A stretch of DNA of 64,000 bases from Malacoraja senta (GCA_038087875.1 CM075997.1:4714001-4778000), one strand, 5' to 3'; shown: positions 12,361 to 25,590, counted from the stretch's first letter. Notes: generated by a model from the letters alone, not told the origin. Translations and numbers: made by a program.

Positions 12361-14174
12361 GATTAGTACGGGTGTCAGTGGTTATGGGGAGAAGGCAGGA
12401 GAATGGGGTTAGGACTTCAGTCTGAAGAAGGGTCTCGACCCAAAACGTCACCCATTCCTTCTCTCCAGAGACGCTGCCTGTCCCGCTGAGTTACTCCAGC
12501 ATTTTGCGTCAGGCAGCATCTCTGGAGGAAAGGAATGGGTGAGGTTTCGGGTGGAGACCCTTCTTCAGACTGAGAGTCGGGTGAGAGGGAAACGAAAGAT
12601 GTGACGATGATACATGGGGCAAATGATACAAGGTTTGCAAAAAGGACAAATCAAAGCCAGCAACGATGATCAAGGCTTAGATGGAGCCCACAATGGTCTA
12701 TTGTTGGATGTACTGAGGGTAATAATGAGTGAAAGAGTGGAACTAGCAGGTTGACTAGGGTGGGGGAGGGACGGAGAGAGAAGGGATGCAAGGGTTAGTT
12801 AAATTTAGAGACATCAATATTCAGACCACTGGATTGGTGCCTCAAGCGCTGATTTTAGTTTTAGGCTTTTTATTTTTAGAGATACAGCGCGGAAACAGGC
12901 CTTTCGGCCCATCGAGTCCGTGCCGGCCAGCGATCCCCGCACATTGACACTATCCTACACACACACACTGGGGACAATTTTACACTTATAACAAGTATAT
13001 AAACCCAAGCCATTTAACCTACAAACCTGCACGTCTTTGGAGTGTGGGAGGAAACCGGAGATCTCGGAGAAAACCCACGCAGGTCACGGGGAGAACGTGC
13101 AAACTCCGTACAGACAGCACCCGTAGTCGGATGCAAGGATTGTAAGGGAAGCAACTCTACCGCTGTGCCGCCGTGTCTCACAAAGGGTTAAGTCATCAGA
13201 TAAGGTCCTACAGTGCTGGAGATAAGGTCCCGGGATGGGTAGAGCATTGTATAACAGGCAAGAAATGACCTGGAAGGAATACATAGACCATGGAACAGTG
13301 GCACAGCGGGTAGAGCCACTGCCTCATGGCGCCAGAGACCTGAATTCGATTGTGTCCTCGGTTGCTGTCTGTATGGAGTTTGCACGTTCTCCCAGTGACT
13401 GCGTGGGTTTCCTCCGGGTGCTCCGGTTTCCTCCCACATCCCAAAGACGTGCGGATTTGTAGGTTCATTGTCCCTCTGTGAATCATCCCTGGTGTGTAGG
13501 GAGCGGATGCGGAAGTTGGATAATATAGGTGCTAGTGGAGTCAAGGGATATGGGGAGGAGGCAGGCACGGGTTATTGATTGGGGACGATCAGCCATGATC
13601 ACAATGAATGGGGGTGCTGGATCGAAGGGCCGAATGGCCTCCTCCTGCACCTATTTTCTATGTTTCTATGTTTCTAGAACTAGTGTGGACGGCGTGGACT
13701 CGGTGGGCCGAAGGGCCTGTTCCCATGCTATCTCTTTCAATCAATCCATCAGAAACATAGAACATCCTGTTTCTAGTATTGGAGATGATAAGATCATAAA
13801 TGATGAGGGCAGAATTAGGCCATTCGGCCCATCAAGTCTACTCCGCCATTCAATCATGTCTGATCTATCTCCCCCTCCTAGCCTTCTCCCCATAACCACT
13901 GACACCCGTACTAATGAAGAATTTATCTATCTCTGCCTTAAATATATCTACTGACATGCCCTCCACAGCCTTCTGAAGACAGACACAAAGTGCTGGAGCA
14001 ACTCATCGGGACAGGCAGCATCTCTGGAGAAAAGGAATAGATGACATCTGAATTTCCCCTGAAAAGGGGATTAATAAAGTATTTATTATTATTATTAACC
14101 ATATAACCATATAACCATATAACCATAACAGCACGGAAACAGGCCATCTCGGCCCTTCAAGTCCGTGCCGAACA

Positions 14175-14332
14175 TTTTTTTTATTTTTTTTAATTTATTT
14201 TTTTATTTTTATTTTTTTTATTTTTTTTTTAATTTTATTTTTTTTATTTTATTTTTGTTAATTATTATTATTATTATTATTATTATAATTATTATTATTA
14301 TTATTATTATTATGATGATTATTATTATTATA
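14175..14332. repeat. T-rich tract plus (ATT)n microsatellite
   Basis: Directly visible. Confidence 0.95.
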
Positions 14333-14524
14333 ACGTTTCGGGTCAGAACTCTGCTTCAGACTGTCCTTGGTATTTTCAGGTTGACAATCTGTGACCAGTG
14401 AGTACCAAAGGGATTGGTTCACAAGCCTCACTGGTGAAAATATAAATGACTCAAACTCATCAGGAAGGCCGGCTCCGTCCTGGGGGCGGAGTTGGAGTTG
14501 GAGTTGGATTCACGGGAGGTGGTC

Positions 14525-14870
14525 TACGGAGCATCCTGGACAATACAGCTCACACCCCCTCCATGACACACTGGTCAACCTGAGGAGCACCTTCAGACTG
14601 GTTCCACCAAGATACAGCACAGAACGCCACAGGAGATCCTTCTTCCCCGTGGCTATCAAACTGTACAACTCCTCCCCCTGCTGTCGTGGGGTCGACTGAG
14701 ACTGACTCCCCCCCCCCCCCCCAAAACCCACTTCCCCAATCTTTGCACACCCCCAATCCTTTCCACTCGTCACTTTAACTTCCCGTTTCATGTATCTTGT
14801 TGTGTATTATCACTGTTGGCAGACCAATTTCCTCATGAGATAAATGAAGTTCTATCGTGACGTATCATAT
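14525..14870 (+). mobile_element. Rex1/Babar-type LINE 3' end
   Basis: HPLHDTLVNLRSTF-RLVPPRYSTERHRRSFFPVAIKLYNSS plus 3' UTR; related copy at 46875-47060 (-). Confidence 0.75.
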
Positions 14871-15054
14871 TGTATTGACTTGGGGGAAGGAAGTGAATGT
14901 AAGGTAGGCACATCTATGAATGACACATGTTGTGAACAAGATGCAGTTTACAGTGAGATAGCGATAAGTTTAGCAAGTTGGCAAAACGTTGGTAAAAATG
15001 GAATATATTATTGGAAAATATGCATTGGTTCATTTTGGAAGGAAGAACCAAACT

Positions 15055-15535
15055 GTGGTCATAGTGTCATAGAGTGATACAGTATGGAAACAGGCCCTTC
15101 GGCCCAACTTGCCCACACCGGCCAACATGTCCCAGCTACACTAGTTCCACCTGCCCACGTTTGCTCCATATCCCTCCAAACCTGTCCTATCCATGTACCC
15201 GTCTAACTGATTCTTAAATGTTGGGATAGTCCCTGCCTCAACTACCTCCTCTGGCTGCTTGTTCCATGCACCCACCACCCTTTGTGTGAAAAAGTTACCC
15301 TTCAGATTCCTATTAAATCTTTTCCCCTTCACATTGAACCTATGTCCTCTGGTCCTCGATTCCCCCGCTCTGGGCAAGAGACTCTGTGCGTCTACCCGAT
15401 CTATTCCTCTCATGATTTTATGCACCTCTGTAAGATCTCCCCTCATCCTCCTGCACTCCAGGGAATAGAGACCCCAGCCTGCTCAACCTCTCCCCCGATA
15501 GCTCAGACCCTCTAGTCCTGGCAACATCCTCGTTG
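15055..15535 (-). mobile_element. CR1/HER1 LINE 3' fragment
   Basis: ORF 15141..15446 MRGDLTEVHKIMRGIDRVDAQSLLPRAGESRTRGHRF..FFTQRVVGAWN. Confidence 0.88.
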
Positions 15536-15619
15536 TGTGATTTAAATGGAGAAAAACTGCTGGACAAAGCAAATGGGATCCTAGTGCAGGGAATTCAGAA
15601 TGCTAACACAGAAGATGGG

Positions 15620-16085
15620 CCCAAATGCTGGAGTGACTCAGCGGGACAGGCAGCAGGTGGGGAGAGAAGGAATGGGTGACGTTTCGGACCGAGACCCTTC
15701 TTCAGACTGAAAGTCACGGGAAAGGGAAAGGAGAGATATAGACGATGATGTGGAGAGATAAAGAACAAATGGATGAAAGATAAGTAACGGTGAAAAAGGA
15801 AACAGGCCATTGTTAGCTGTTTGGCGGGTGAGGCAGCATCTATGGAGAGAAGGAATGGGTGACGTTTCGGGACCCGAAACGTCACCCATTCCTTCTCTCC
15901 ATAGATGCTGCCTCACCCGCTGAGTTACTCCAGCATTTTGTGTCTACCTTCGATTTTATCCAGCATCTGCAGTTCTTTCCCACACGTTGTTTGCTGGGTG
16001 AGAACGAGAAGCTGGTGCGACTTGGGTGGGGGAGGGACGGAGAGAGCGGGAATGGCGGCGTTACTTGAAGTTGGAGAAATCAATA
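15620..16085. mobile_element. PLE terminal region containing a perfect fold-back (centre ~15871)
   Basis: gggtgacgtttcgggacccgaaacgtcaccc palindrome with ~40-bp arms. Confidence 0.8.
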
Positions 16086-17494
16086 TGGGTTTAAGGTGAG
16101 AGCGGAGAGGTTTAATGGAGATCTGAGAGGGCATGTTTTTCACATTGAGGACGGTGGGTACATGGACCAGACTGCCAGAGGAGGTGGTAGATGGACATGA
16201 AAAGCTGGAGTAGTTCAGCGGGACAGGCAGCATCTCTTGAGAGAAGGAACGGGTGACCTTTCGGGTCGAGGCCTTTCTTCAGACTGGTAGAAGTGGACAC
16301 AGTCGCAATGTTTAAGAGGCAATTGGACAGGTGGAGGGGTTCATGTCTAAGGCAAATGAGATTAGTACAGCTAGGCATAAGTTCTTAAGTTCTTGGAGCA
16401 GATTTAGGCCATTCAGCCCATCTACCCCATCCAATCCTGGCTGATCTATCTTTCCCTCTCAATCCCATTCTCCTGCCTTCTCCTCATATTCCAGCTGAGG
16501 GTAATATCACCCCAACAACCAGTCCAAAGTTGGTTTAATGTCCATTATGATTACCTCTGTAAATTGCCCCTAGTGTGTGGGGAGTGGATACGAAAGTCAG
16601 ATGTAGTTTTAGTTTAGAAATACAGCGAGGGAACAGGCCCTTTGAGTTCATGCTGACCAGCGATCCCCACACACTAACACTAGGGACAATTTACATTTTA
16701 TACTAAGCCAATTAACCTACAATAGCCACGCAGGTCACGGGGAGAATGTACAGACGATGTACAGACAAGCACCCATAGTTAGGATCGAACCCGGGTCTCT
16801 GGCGCTGTAAGGCGGGAAATCTGCCTCTACGCTGCCGTGCCGACCCTAACATAGAACTAGTGTGAACGGGTTATCAATGGTCGGCAGTGGACTTGGTGGA
16901 CCCAAGGGCCTTCACTGGTTCACATTCACATGTGCTAGGAGCAGTATTAGGCCATTCGGCCCATCAAGTCTGTTCCGCCATTCAATCATGGCTGATCTAT
17001 CTCTCCCTCCTAACCCCATTCTCCTGCCTTCTCCCCATAAACCCTGACACCCGTACTAATCAAGAATCTATCTATCTCTGCCTTAAAGATATCCACTGAT
17101 TTGGCCTCCACAGCCTTCTGTGGCAATGAGTTCCACAGATTCACGAAAGAAATTCCTCCTCATCTCTTTTCTAAAGGTACGTCATTTTATTCTGAGGTTG
17201 TGGATTCTGGTCCTAGACTCTCCCACTAGTGGAAACATCCTCTCCATATCCGCTCTGTCCAGGCTTTTCACTATACGGTAAGTTTCCATGCTGTATCTCT
17301 GAACTGAACTAAGCATCTTGGAGCATTTCATTCATAAAGAGTGTGGCCTCAGTACCGATGCTGGGAACTCCTCTTTACACTTCCCTGCAGTTTGATAAAC
17401 CATCTTTCATCACTGCTCAAAGGGTGAAAAAATGCAGGACAAAGTGAACTGGGATCTTAGTGCAGGGAATTCAGAATACTAGCACAGAAGATGG

Positions 17495-18275
17495 CCACAA
17501 ATGCTGGAGAAACTCAGTGGGTCAGGCAGTATCTGTGGAGAAAAGGAATAGGTGTCGTTTCAGATCGAGACCCTTCTTCAGACTGAGAGTCAGGGGAAAG
17601 GGAAACAAGAGATATAGATGGTGAGAAAGAGAGATTTAGTTTATTTTGCTTTAGTTTAGAGATACAGCGCGGAAACAGGCCCTTTCGGCCCACCGAGTCC
17701 GCGCCGACCAGCGATCCCCGCACGCTAACACTATCCTACACACACTAGGGACAATTTTTACATTTATACCAAACCAATTAACCTACAAACCTGTACGTCT
17801 TTGGAGTGTGGGAGGAAACCGGAGATCTCTGAGAAAACCCACGCTGGTCACGGGGAGAAGGTACAAACTCCGTACAGACAGCACCCGTAGTCCGGATCAA
17901 ACACTGGTCTCCGACGCTGCATTCGCTGTAAGGCAGCAACTCTACCACTGTGCCACCATACCGGCCCAGGTGTAGAACAAATGAATGAAAGATAGGCAAA
18001 AAAGTAACGATGATAAAGGAAACAGGCCATTGTTAGCTGTTTGCTAGGTGAGAACGAGAAGCTGGTGCAACTTGGGTGGGGGAGTGACGGAGAGAGAGGG
18101 AATGCTGGGGATTACTTGAAGTTAGAGAAATCAATGTTCATACCGCTGGGGTGTAAGCTGCCCAAGCGAAATATATGGTGCTGTTCCTCCAATTTGCGCT
18201 GGGCCTCACTCTGACAGTGGAGGAGGCCCAGGACAGAAAGGTCAGTGTGGGAATGGGAGGGGGAGTTGAAGTGAC
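17495..18275 (-). mobile_element. PLE 3' portion with a nested V-SINE (17636-17958)
   Basis: Reverse strand LSVLGLLHCQSEAQRKLEEQHHIFRLGSLHPSGMNIDFSNFK plus terminal repeat. Confidence 0.8.
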
Positions 18276-18458
18276 CTGCAGATGCTGGTTTATACCAGGT
18301 CCTACAGGGTTAATACCACGTCCTAGTCCAGGGAATTCAGAAAGCTGAAGACAGGCACAGAATACTGTAGTAACTTACCCTGGTGAGGGCCGCATCTATG
18401 AGGGGAGAGGGGAACCCCCATTCCTTGTAGAATGACGACATCTCAGATGTCCTGGTAA

Positions 18459-18777
18459 AGCCCCTGTCCCACTGTATGAGGTAATTCACAAGTTCTCCCG
18501 AGTTCTCCCCTGATTCAATCTCGGAGAATGTCCGTAGTGGGTCCGTAGGAGCTCGTGGATGTCTCATAGCGGCTCGTAATGCTAACGGTACGTACTCGGG
18601 ACATCCGGTAAACTCGTGACGTTTTTTCATCCCTGCAAAAAATGTCCACGAGTGAAATTTTAAAAAACTTTTTATACCTACCGTTAGCATTACGAGCCGC
18701 TACGAGACATCCACGAACTCCTACGGACATTCTCCGAGTTTGAATCAGGGGAGAACTCGTACGGTGGGACAGGGGCT
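18459..18777. mobile_element. PIF/Harbinger-type MITE (family 2)
   Basis: TIRs agcccctgtcccac / gtgggacaggggct; perfect TAA TSD; inserted in a PLE ORF fragment. Confidence 0.87.
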
Positions 18778-18954
18778 TAAGGAACACTTCATCTTGGGTG
18801 ATGAAAGACTAGCAGGCACAGCTTTAAGGTGAGAGAGGCAAAGTTTGAATGAGATGTGCGGGGCAAGTATTTTTACACAGAGGGTGGTGGGTGCCTGGGA
18901 CGCGCTGCCAGGGGTGCTGGTGGAGGCTGATACGAGAGTGGCATCGATGTTCTC

Positions 18955-19557
18955 ATAAGGTCATAAGGTGACAAGGATTAGGAGCAGAATTAGGCCATTT
19001 GGCCCATCAAGTCTACTCCGCCATTCAATCATGTCTAATCTATCTCTCCCTCCGAACCCCATTCCCCAGCCTTCTCCCCATAACCCCTGACACCCACACT
19101 AATCAAGAATCTATCTATTTCTGCCTTAAAAATATCCACTGACTTGGCCTCCACAGCCTCTGTGGCAAAGAATTCCACAGATTCACCACCCCCTTACTAA
19201 AGAAATTCCACCTCATCTCCTTCCTAAAGGAATCTCCTTTAATTCTCAGGTAGACAAAAATGCTGGAGAAACTCAGCGGGTCCTGCAGCATCTATGGAGC
19301 GAAGGAAATAGGCAACGTTTTGGGCCGAAACCCTTCTTCAGACTGGTGTTAACAAATGTTAATTCTCAGGCTGTGACCTCTGGTCCTAGACTCTCCCACT
19401 AGTGGAAACATCCTCTCCACATCCACTCTATCCAGGCCTTTCACTGTTCTGCAAGTTTCAATGAGGTCCCCCCCTCATTCTTCTAAACTCCAGCGATTAC
19501 AGGCCCAGTGCCAACAAACGCTCATCATATGTTAGTTAACCCACTCATTCCTGGGAT
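18955..19557 (-). mobile_element. CR1 LINE 3' fragment with a nested PLE terminus
   Basis: Same family as 4245-4775. Confidence 0.85.
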
Positions 19558-20202
19558 CGATATCTAGAAGTGAGATGAGCACAAAACAAGGTTTCCGTAA
19601 CAAATGTTATTCGAGCAATTTAGATTGTGCGATAAACTTTAAACCATTGAGGATTTCTCTGGCGATCCTGTGGTTCCAGGGTCACTGCGGATTGATACCT
19701 GTTCATAATAACAGGACTACAGGCCTGTGGTACACTCCTGTGCCTGCACTCCACTGACCCCTGGTGGTTAGAGGTTGTGTTGCGACTCAGTTGAAACAGG
19801 ATCGAGACACAAGAGACTGCAGATGCTGGAAACTGGAGAAAAACGCAAAGTGCTGGAGGAACTCAGCGGGTCGGGCAGCGTCTGTGGAGGGAGATGGACA
19901 GGCAATGTTTCTTGTCAGTAAGGGTTCTGTTTCTAAACCTTACTGATTAGTGCAGGTGTCAGAGGGTGGTGAATCTGTGGAATTCATTGCCACAGACGGC
20001 TGAGGAGGCCAAGTCAGTGGATAGTTTTAAGGCAGAGATAGATAGATTCTTGATTAGTGCGGGTGTCAGTGGTTACGGGGGGAAGGCAGGAGAATGGGGT
20101 TAGGAGGGAGAGATCGATCAGCCATGATTCAATAGCAGAGTAGACTTGATGGGTGGAATGGCCTAATTCAGCTCTTATTGATGAACCGTGACTCTGCAAG
20201 GG

Positions 20203-20540
20203 TGGCACGGTGGTGCAGTGGGTAGAGGTGCTGCCTCACAGTACCGGAGACCCCGGTTCGATCCTGACTTCGGGTGCAGTCTGTGTGCGGAGTTTGCATG
20301 TTCTCCCTGTGACCGCGTGGGTTTCCTCCGGGTGCTCCGGTTTCCTCCCACATCCCAAAGACGTGCAGGTTTGTAGGTTAATCATCCCTCTGTAAATTGT
20401 CCCTGGTGTGTAGGGAGTGGATGGGAAAGTGTGATAACATAGAACCAGTATGTGAACGGATGATCGATGGTCGGCATGGACTCTGTGGGCCGAAGGGCCT
20501 GTTTCCATGCTGTATCAATCAATTACAATCAATCAATCAA
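20203..20540 (+). mobile_element. V-SINE, second subfamily ((caat)n tail)
   Basis: A/B boxes and V-domain, but a different 3' body (ccctctgtaaattgtccctggtgtgtagggagtggat...acatagaaccagt). Confidence 0.85.
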
Positions 20541-22742
20541 TAGGGTTTATATGATGGAGATAGACACAAGAAGCTGGAGTAACTCAGCGGGACAGGCATG
20601 GGTGACGTTTCGGGTTGAGGCCCTTCTTCAGACTTCCCTTCTTCAGACTTCCGGAGAGGGGGGATACAGAAATACGGAAGGGTAAGGTGTAAAAACGAGA
20701 CATCAAAGGGGCGGAAGTTAAAAGATAATGTAGAATAAATCATTGCTAGCCAGGGAAAGGTGACAACGAAGCATACAGAAATAAACTTTAATCAGGAGAC
20801 AGTCAGAATGCATCTGCCAGCCTTTACCAGCATCTTACACGTAAGTTCCTTCTTACACGTTCCATATGACGGATATTATTTTTCCAATGGTATTGAACAT
20901 TAATCAAGGCATTTTTTATCCAACAGTAACAATGAGATGCAATAGGATGAGGGGTGATCTTATAGAGGTGGATAATATCATTGGAGGAATAGATGCCCAG
21001 AGACGGGGAATGGAGGACCAGAGGACATAGGTTCAAGGTGAAGGGGAAAAGGTTAAATAGGAATCTGAGGGGTAACTTTTTCACACAAAGGGTGGTGGGT
21101 GTATGGAACGAGCTGCCAGAGGAGGTAGTTGAGGCTGGGACCATTGCAACGTTTAAGAAACATTGATAGAGGTTGATGGATAGGACAGGTTTAGATGGAT
21201 ATGGGTTAAACACAGATTTGGTTTAGTTTTGTTCAGTTTAGTTTATTGTCACGTGACCGCAAGTCGTGGTCTGATCAACCACGGCTGGGTCGCCTGGGTG
21301 AGGGTGTCTGTCTGATGTTGAAAGACACGAAACACCCAATGACCCCCATGTTACATTACTGATGATCTATAGATGTATTTGTATCAATCGTTCAGTTTAG
21401 TTAATTGTCACGTGTACCGAGGTACAGTGAAAAGCTATTATTGCGTTCTAACCAGGACAGGTACGGTGACCCCAGTCTCCACTGCTCGTGCAGTGACATG
21501 TTCCTTTAAGGGAGGGCACCGGCTGCTTTACCTGCCCTGCCAGATACTACTGGCACATGTGCCACCTGTGTCCTGCCACTGACCCTCTCTGCCAGCCAGT
21601 GACGGGGATGTGATGGAGTCGTGGAGTCATACAGAGTGGAAACACTCTGGCCTCGCTGTGAACGCACACCGCGCGGGTCTTGGCAATCACCGGTGGCTCG
21701 GGGCCCGGGTTCAGGGTCCGCGCCGGGCGGGCGGGCATTCCTCGGTCCCCCAATTGCAGCAAGCGAATCCCCAACATTGTAGCGCACCAGGTTAAGTTAG
21801 TCTAGTTTACAGATACAGCGCGGAAACAGGCCCTTCGGCCCACCGAGTCCGTGCCGACCAGCAATCCCCGCACGCTAACACTATCCTACACACACTAGGG
21901 ACAATTTACATTTATACCAAACCAATTAAACCTGTTCGTCTTTGGAATGGGTGACATTTTGGGTCGAGACCCTTCTTCAGACTCAAACAAACCTGTTCGT
22001 CTTCAGAGTGTGGGAGGAAGCCAGAGCTCCCGGAGAAAACCCACGCGGTCACGGGGAGAACGTACAACCTCCGTACAGACAGCCCCCATTGTCGGGATCG
22101 AACCCGGGGTCTCCGGTGCTGCAAGTGCTGTGAGGCAGCAACTCTACCGCTGGGCCACCGTGCAGCCAGTTCCACAGACAAACTCTGCAATGGGGTGGAG
22201 GTGGACGGGTGGGTGGGACAGGACTCACAGCTTGTGGAAGGGCTGCGGGAGGCTGCTGGAACTCAGCCATAGAATCATCCTGACTCATGCCTGAAGTCAG
22301 AGCAAGATATCTTGGAAACAGCGAGGGATCTGATGTGGAGATGGGAGTTACAGTCGGGGTGGAAACACTGTGGGGACGGCACGGCTTGGGATCAGGGACT
22401 TGGATCCATCGCCAACACAGGGATTAACTTGTGTCGGGAGGAACTGCAGATGCTGGTTGAAACCGGAGATAGACACCAAATGCTGGAGTAACTCAGCGGG
22501 ACAGGCAGCATCTCTGGAGAGAAGGAATGGGTGACGTTTCGGGTCGAGACCCTTCTTCAGACTCAAACTTCCTCTCAACCCCATTCTCCTGCCCCTCTCC
22601 ATGGATCACTCTTCTGGGATACGGAAAACCTACCATCGCATCTTCATGCAATCCTGCCACCAAGCCCAGGATCACTGTGACGGCTCGAGCAATGTTGATT
22701 GGTGTCACTGTACCTAACCTGGTTAGCACGCAAGTGGCCGTT

Positions 22743-23045
22743 CACGGTGGTGCAGCGGTAGAGTTGCTGCCTTACAGCGAATGCAGCGCCGGAGACCCGT
22801 GTTCGATCCCGACTACGGGTGCTGTCTGTACGGAGTTTGTGCGTTCTCCCCGTGACCTGCGTGGGTTTTCTCCGAGATCCTTGGTCTTCTCCCACACTCC
22901 AAAGACGTGCAGGTTTGTAGGTTAATTGGCTTGGTGTAAATGTATAAAAAGGATAGGGTTAATATGCAGGGATATTGGTCGGCGCGGACCCGGTGGGCTG
23001 AAGGGCCTGTGTCCAGGTTGCATCTCTAAACTAAAAAAACTAAAG
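22743..23045 (+). mobile_element. Full-length V-SINE (10-nt head-insertion variant)
   Basis: cttacagcgaatgcagcgcc between A and B boxes. Confidence 0.88.
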
Positions 23046-23692
23046 TAAAAAGCTTTACACTGTACCTTGGTACACGTGACAATAAACTCAACTCAACTAA
23101 ACTAAATTCAACTGAACTGAACTAAACAAAACTAAACTACTGGAGAAAGCCTCCAAAGGCAGGGTGGTGCAGCCTTACAACGCCAGGAAGGCCCGGAACG
23201 TCACCCATTCCTTCTCTCCAGAGATGCTGCCTGTCCCGCTGAGTTACTCCAGCTTTCTGTGTCTATCTACAGGGATTAACTTGTTCGCTGGGAATGATGA
23301 CAGTCTGTCTGGGAGGCTTCCTGCCTCTCTCCATGGAACACCCTTCTGGGCCGTGGGAACCACCCCGTCACACATTGATGTAAGTCCTTCCATCATACCC
23401 CTGATTAGAGAAACAGGTTTCACCCTGTGATTTCAGAAGATGTCAATGCATTCCCCGTTTGCTTTGGTTACAAGGACTTGTGTAGGAAGGAACTGCGGAG
23501 GCTGGTTTAAACCTAAGATAGACTGGGACAAGAAGGGTCTCGACCCAAAGCTTCGCCCATTCCTTCTCTCCAGAGATGCTGCCTGTCCCGCTGAGTTACT
23601 CCAGCTTGTTGTGTATCTTCAGTTACAAGAGCTCGACAGGTTATATTTGTTTTGGTCCCTATTCATACTAATCTTGAGGGGAAATATTATAG

Positions 23693-24300
23693 GGTCATAA
23701 GATTTTAAGGAATAGGAGTAGAATTAGTCCATTCAGCCCATCGAGTCGACTCCGCCATTCAATCATCGCTGATCTATCTCTCCCTCCTAACCCCATTCTC
23801 CTGCCTTCTCCCCATAACCTCTGACACCTGTACTAATCAAGAATTTATCTATCTCTGCCTTAAAAATATCCATTGACTTGGCCTCCACAGCTTTCTGTGG
23901 CAATAAATTCCACAGATTCACCACCCTCTAACTAAAGAAAATTCTCCTCATCTCCTTCCTAAAAGAACGTCCTTTAATTCTGAGGCTGTGACCTCTAATC
24001 CTAGACTCTCCCACCAGTGGAAACATCCTCTCCACATCCACTCTATCCAGGCCTTTCACTATTCTGTACGTTTCAATGAGGTCCCCGACTCATTCTTCTA
24101 AACTCCAGCGAGTACAGGCCCAGTGCCGACAAACGCTCATCATAGGTTAACCCACTCATTCCTGGGATCATTCTTGTAAACCTCCTGTGGACCCTCTCCA
24201 GAGCCGGCACATCCTTCCTCAGACATGGTGCCCAAAATTGCTCACAATATTCCAAACGTGGCCTCACCAGCGCCTTTCTGAGCCTCAGCATGACATCCCT
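23693..24300 (-). mobile_element. CR1 LINE 3' fragment
   Basis: ORF 24073..24291 ALVRPRLEYCEQFWAPCLRKDVPALERVHRRFTRMIPG. Confidence 0.9.
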
Positions 24301-24783
24301 TCATTACATCATCACTTCCCCTCCCAAATATCTCCGACTTCCTGTATCCAACCTAGACCATAAACACCGAGAACTCACCTTGTAACCCAATGGTAGGAAC
24401 ATTGAAAGACACAAAGTGCTGGCGTAACTCAGCGAAACAGGCAGTAAGAAGCGAAACGTCGCCTATTCCTTTTCTGTACGTTCTCCCCGTGACCTGCGAA
24501 GGTTTCCGTCCGGGTGCTCCGGTTTCCGTCCACGCCACAAAGATGTGCAGGTTTGAAGGTTAATTGGGTTCAGTAAACATGTAAATTGTGCCTGGTGTAG
24601 GATAGTGTTAGTGTGCGGGGATCGCTGGTCGGTGCGGACTTGGTGCGTTCCGCGCTGTTTCTCCAAACCACACTAAACAAAAACACATCTCCGGAGAACA
24701 TGAATAGGTGACGTGGATACAAGGAAATGCGGATGCTGGTTTACAAAAAAAAAGACTCAAAGTGCTGGATTAACCAGAGCAGC

Positions 24784-25107
24784 CATGGTGGTTCAGCGGT
24801 AGAGTTGCTGCCTTACAGCGATTGCAGCGCCAGAGACCCAGGTTCGATCCCGACTACGGGTGCTGCCTGTATGGAGTTTGTATCTTCTCCCCGTGACCCG
24901 CGTGGGTTTTCTCAGAGATCTCCGGTTTACTCCCACACTCCAAAGACGTACAGGTTTGTAGGTTAATTGGCTTGGTGTATGTAAACATTGTCCCTAGTGT
25001 GTGTGGGATAGTGTCAGTGTGCGGGGATCGCTGGTCAGCGCGGACTCGGTGGGCCGAAGGGCCTGTTTCCACGCTGTATCTGTAAACTTAAATAAACAAA
25101 ACTAAAT
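24784..25107 (+). mobile_element. Full-length V-SINE
   Basis: A/B boxes, V-domain, 3' hairpin and tail. Confidence 0.88.
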
Positions 25108-25159
25108 AGGCGAGGTCCCAGAGGAATTGGGAGTGACCAGCGATGCTCCTTGGCTTCAA

Positions 25160-25590
25160 GTTTAAGTTCAAGTTGGAATTTATTGTCGCATGCACCAATT
25201 AAGGTACAGTGATATTTGAGTTCCCGTACAGCCATACTAAGTGAAAAGCAACAAGACACACAGCCAAGTAAAATAAAATTTAACATAAACATCCACCACA
25301 GTGGAATCCACATTCCTCACTGTGATGGAAGGCAATAAAGTTCACTCATCTTCCTCCTTGTTCACCCGTGGTCGGGGCTGGTGAACTCTCAGCAGTCGCC
25401 GCTGCAAACGGTCCGATGTCCGGAGCCCTCGCGCCGGGATGATGGAAACTCCGGCGTCGGGACGGATCGGACCACTCCGCGGCGTGGAGCTCCCGAGTCG
25501 GCCTCTTCTTACCGGAGACCGCGGGCTTCACGGTGTTAAAGTCCACAGGCCCCGCGGTCGGAGATCTATCACGGGCGATCCTCAGCAAAT
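25160..25590 (-). mobile_element. Unclassified GC-rich non-autonomous retroposon fragment
   Basis: Reverse strand ends cactgtacctt...gcgacaataaa, resembling the Rex1-type tail; CpG-rich body. Confidence 0.45.

Noticed and set aside
21295..21340. Second hammerhead-like motif (ctgatgttgaaagacacgaaac)
   Set aside because: A9 missing and no stem III or NUH site; reads as a simple gggtgt/acaccc hairpin in a repeat fragment.
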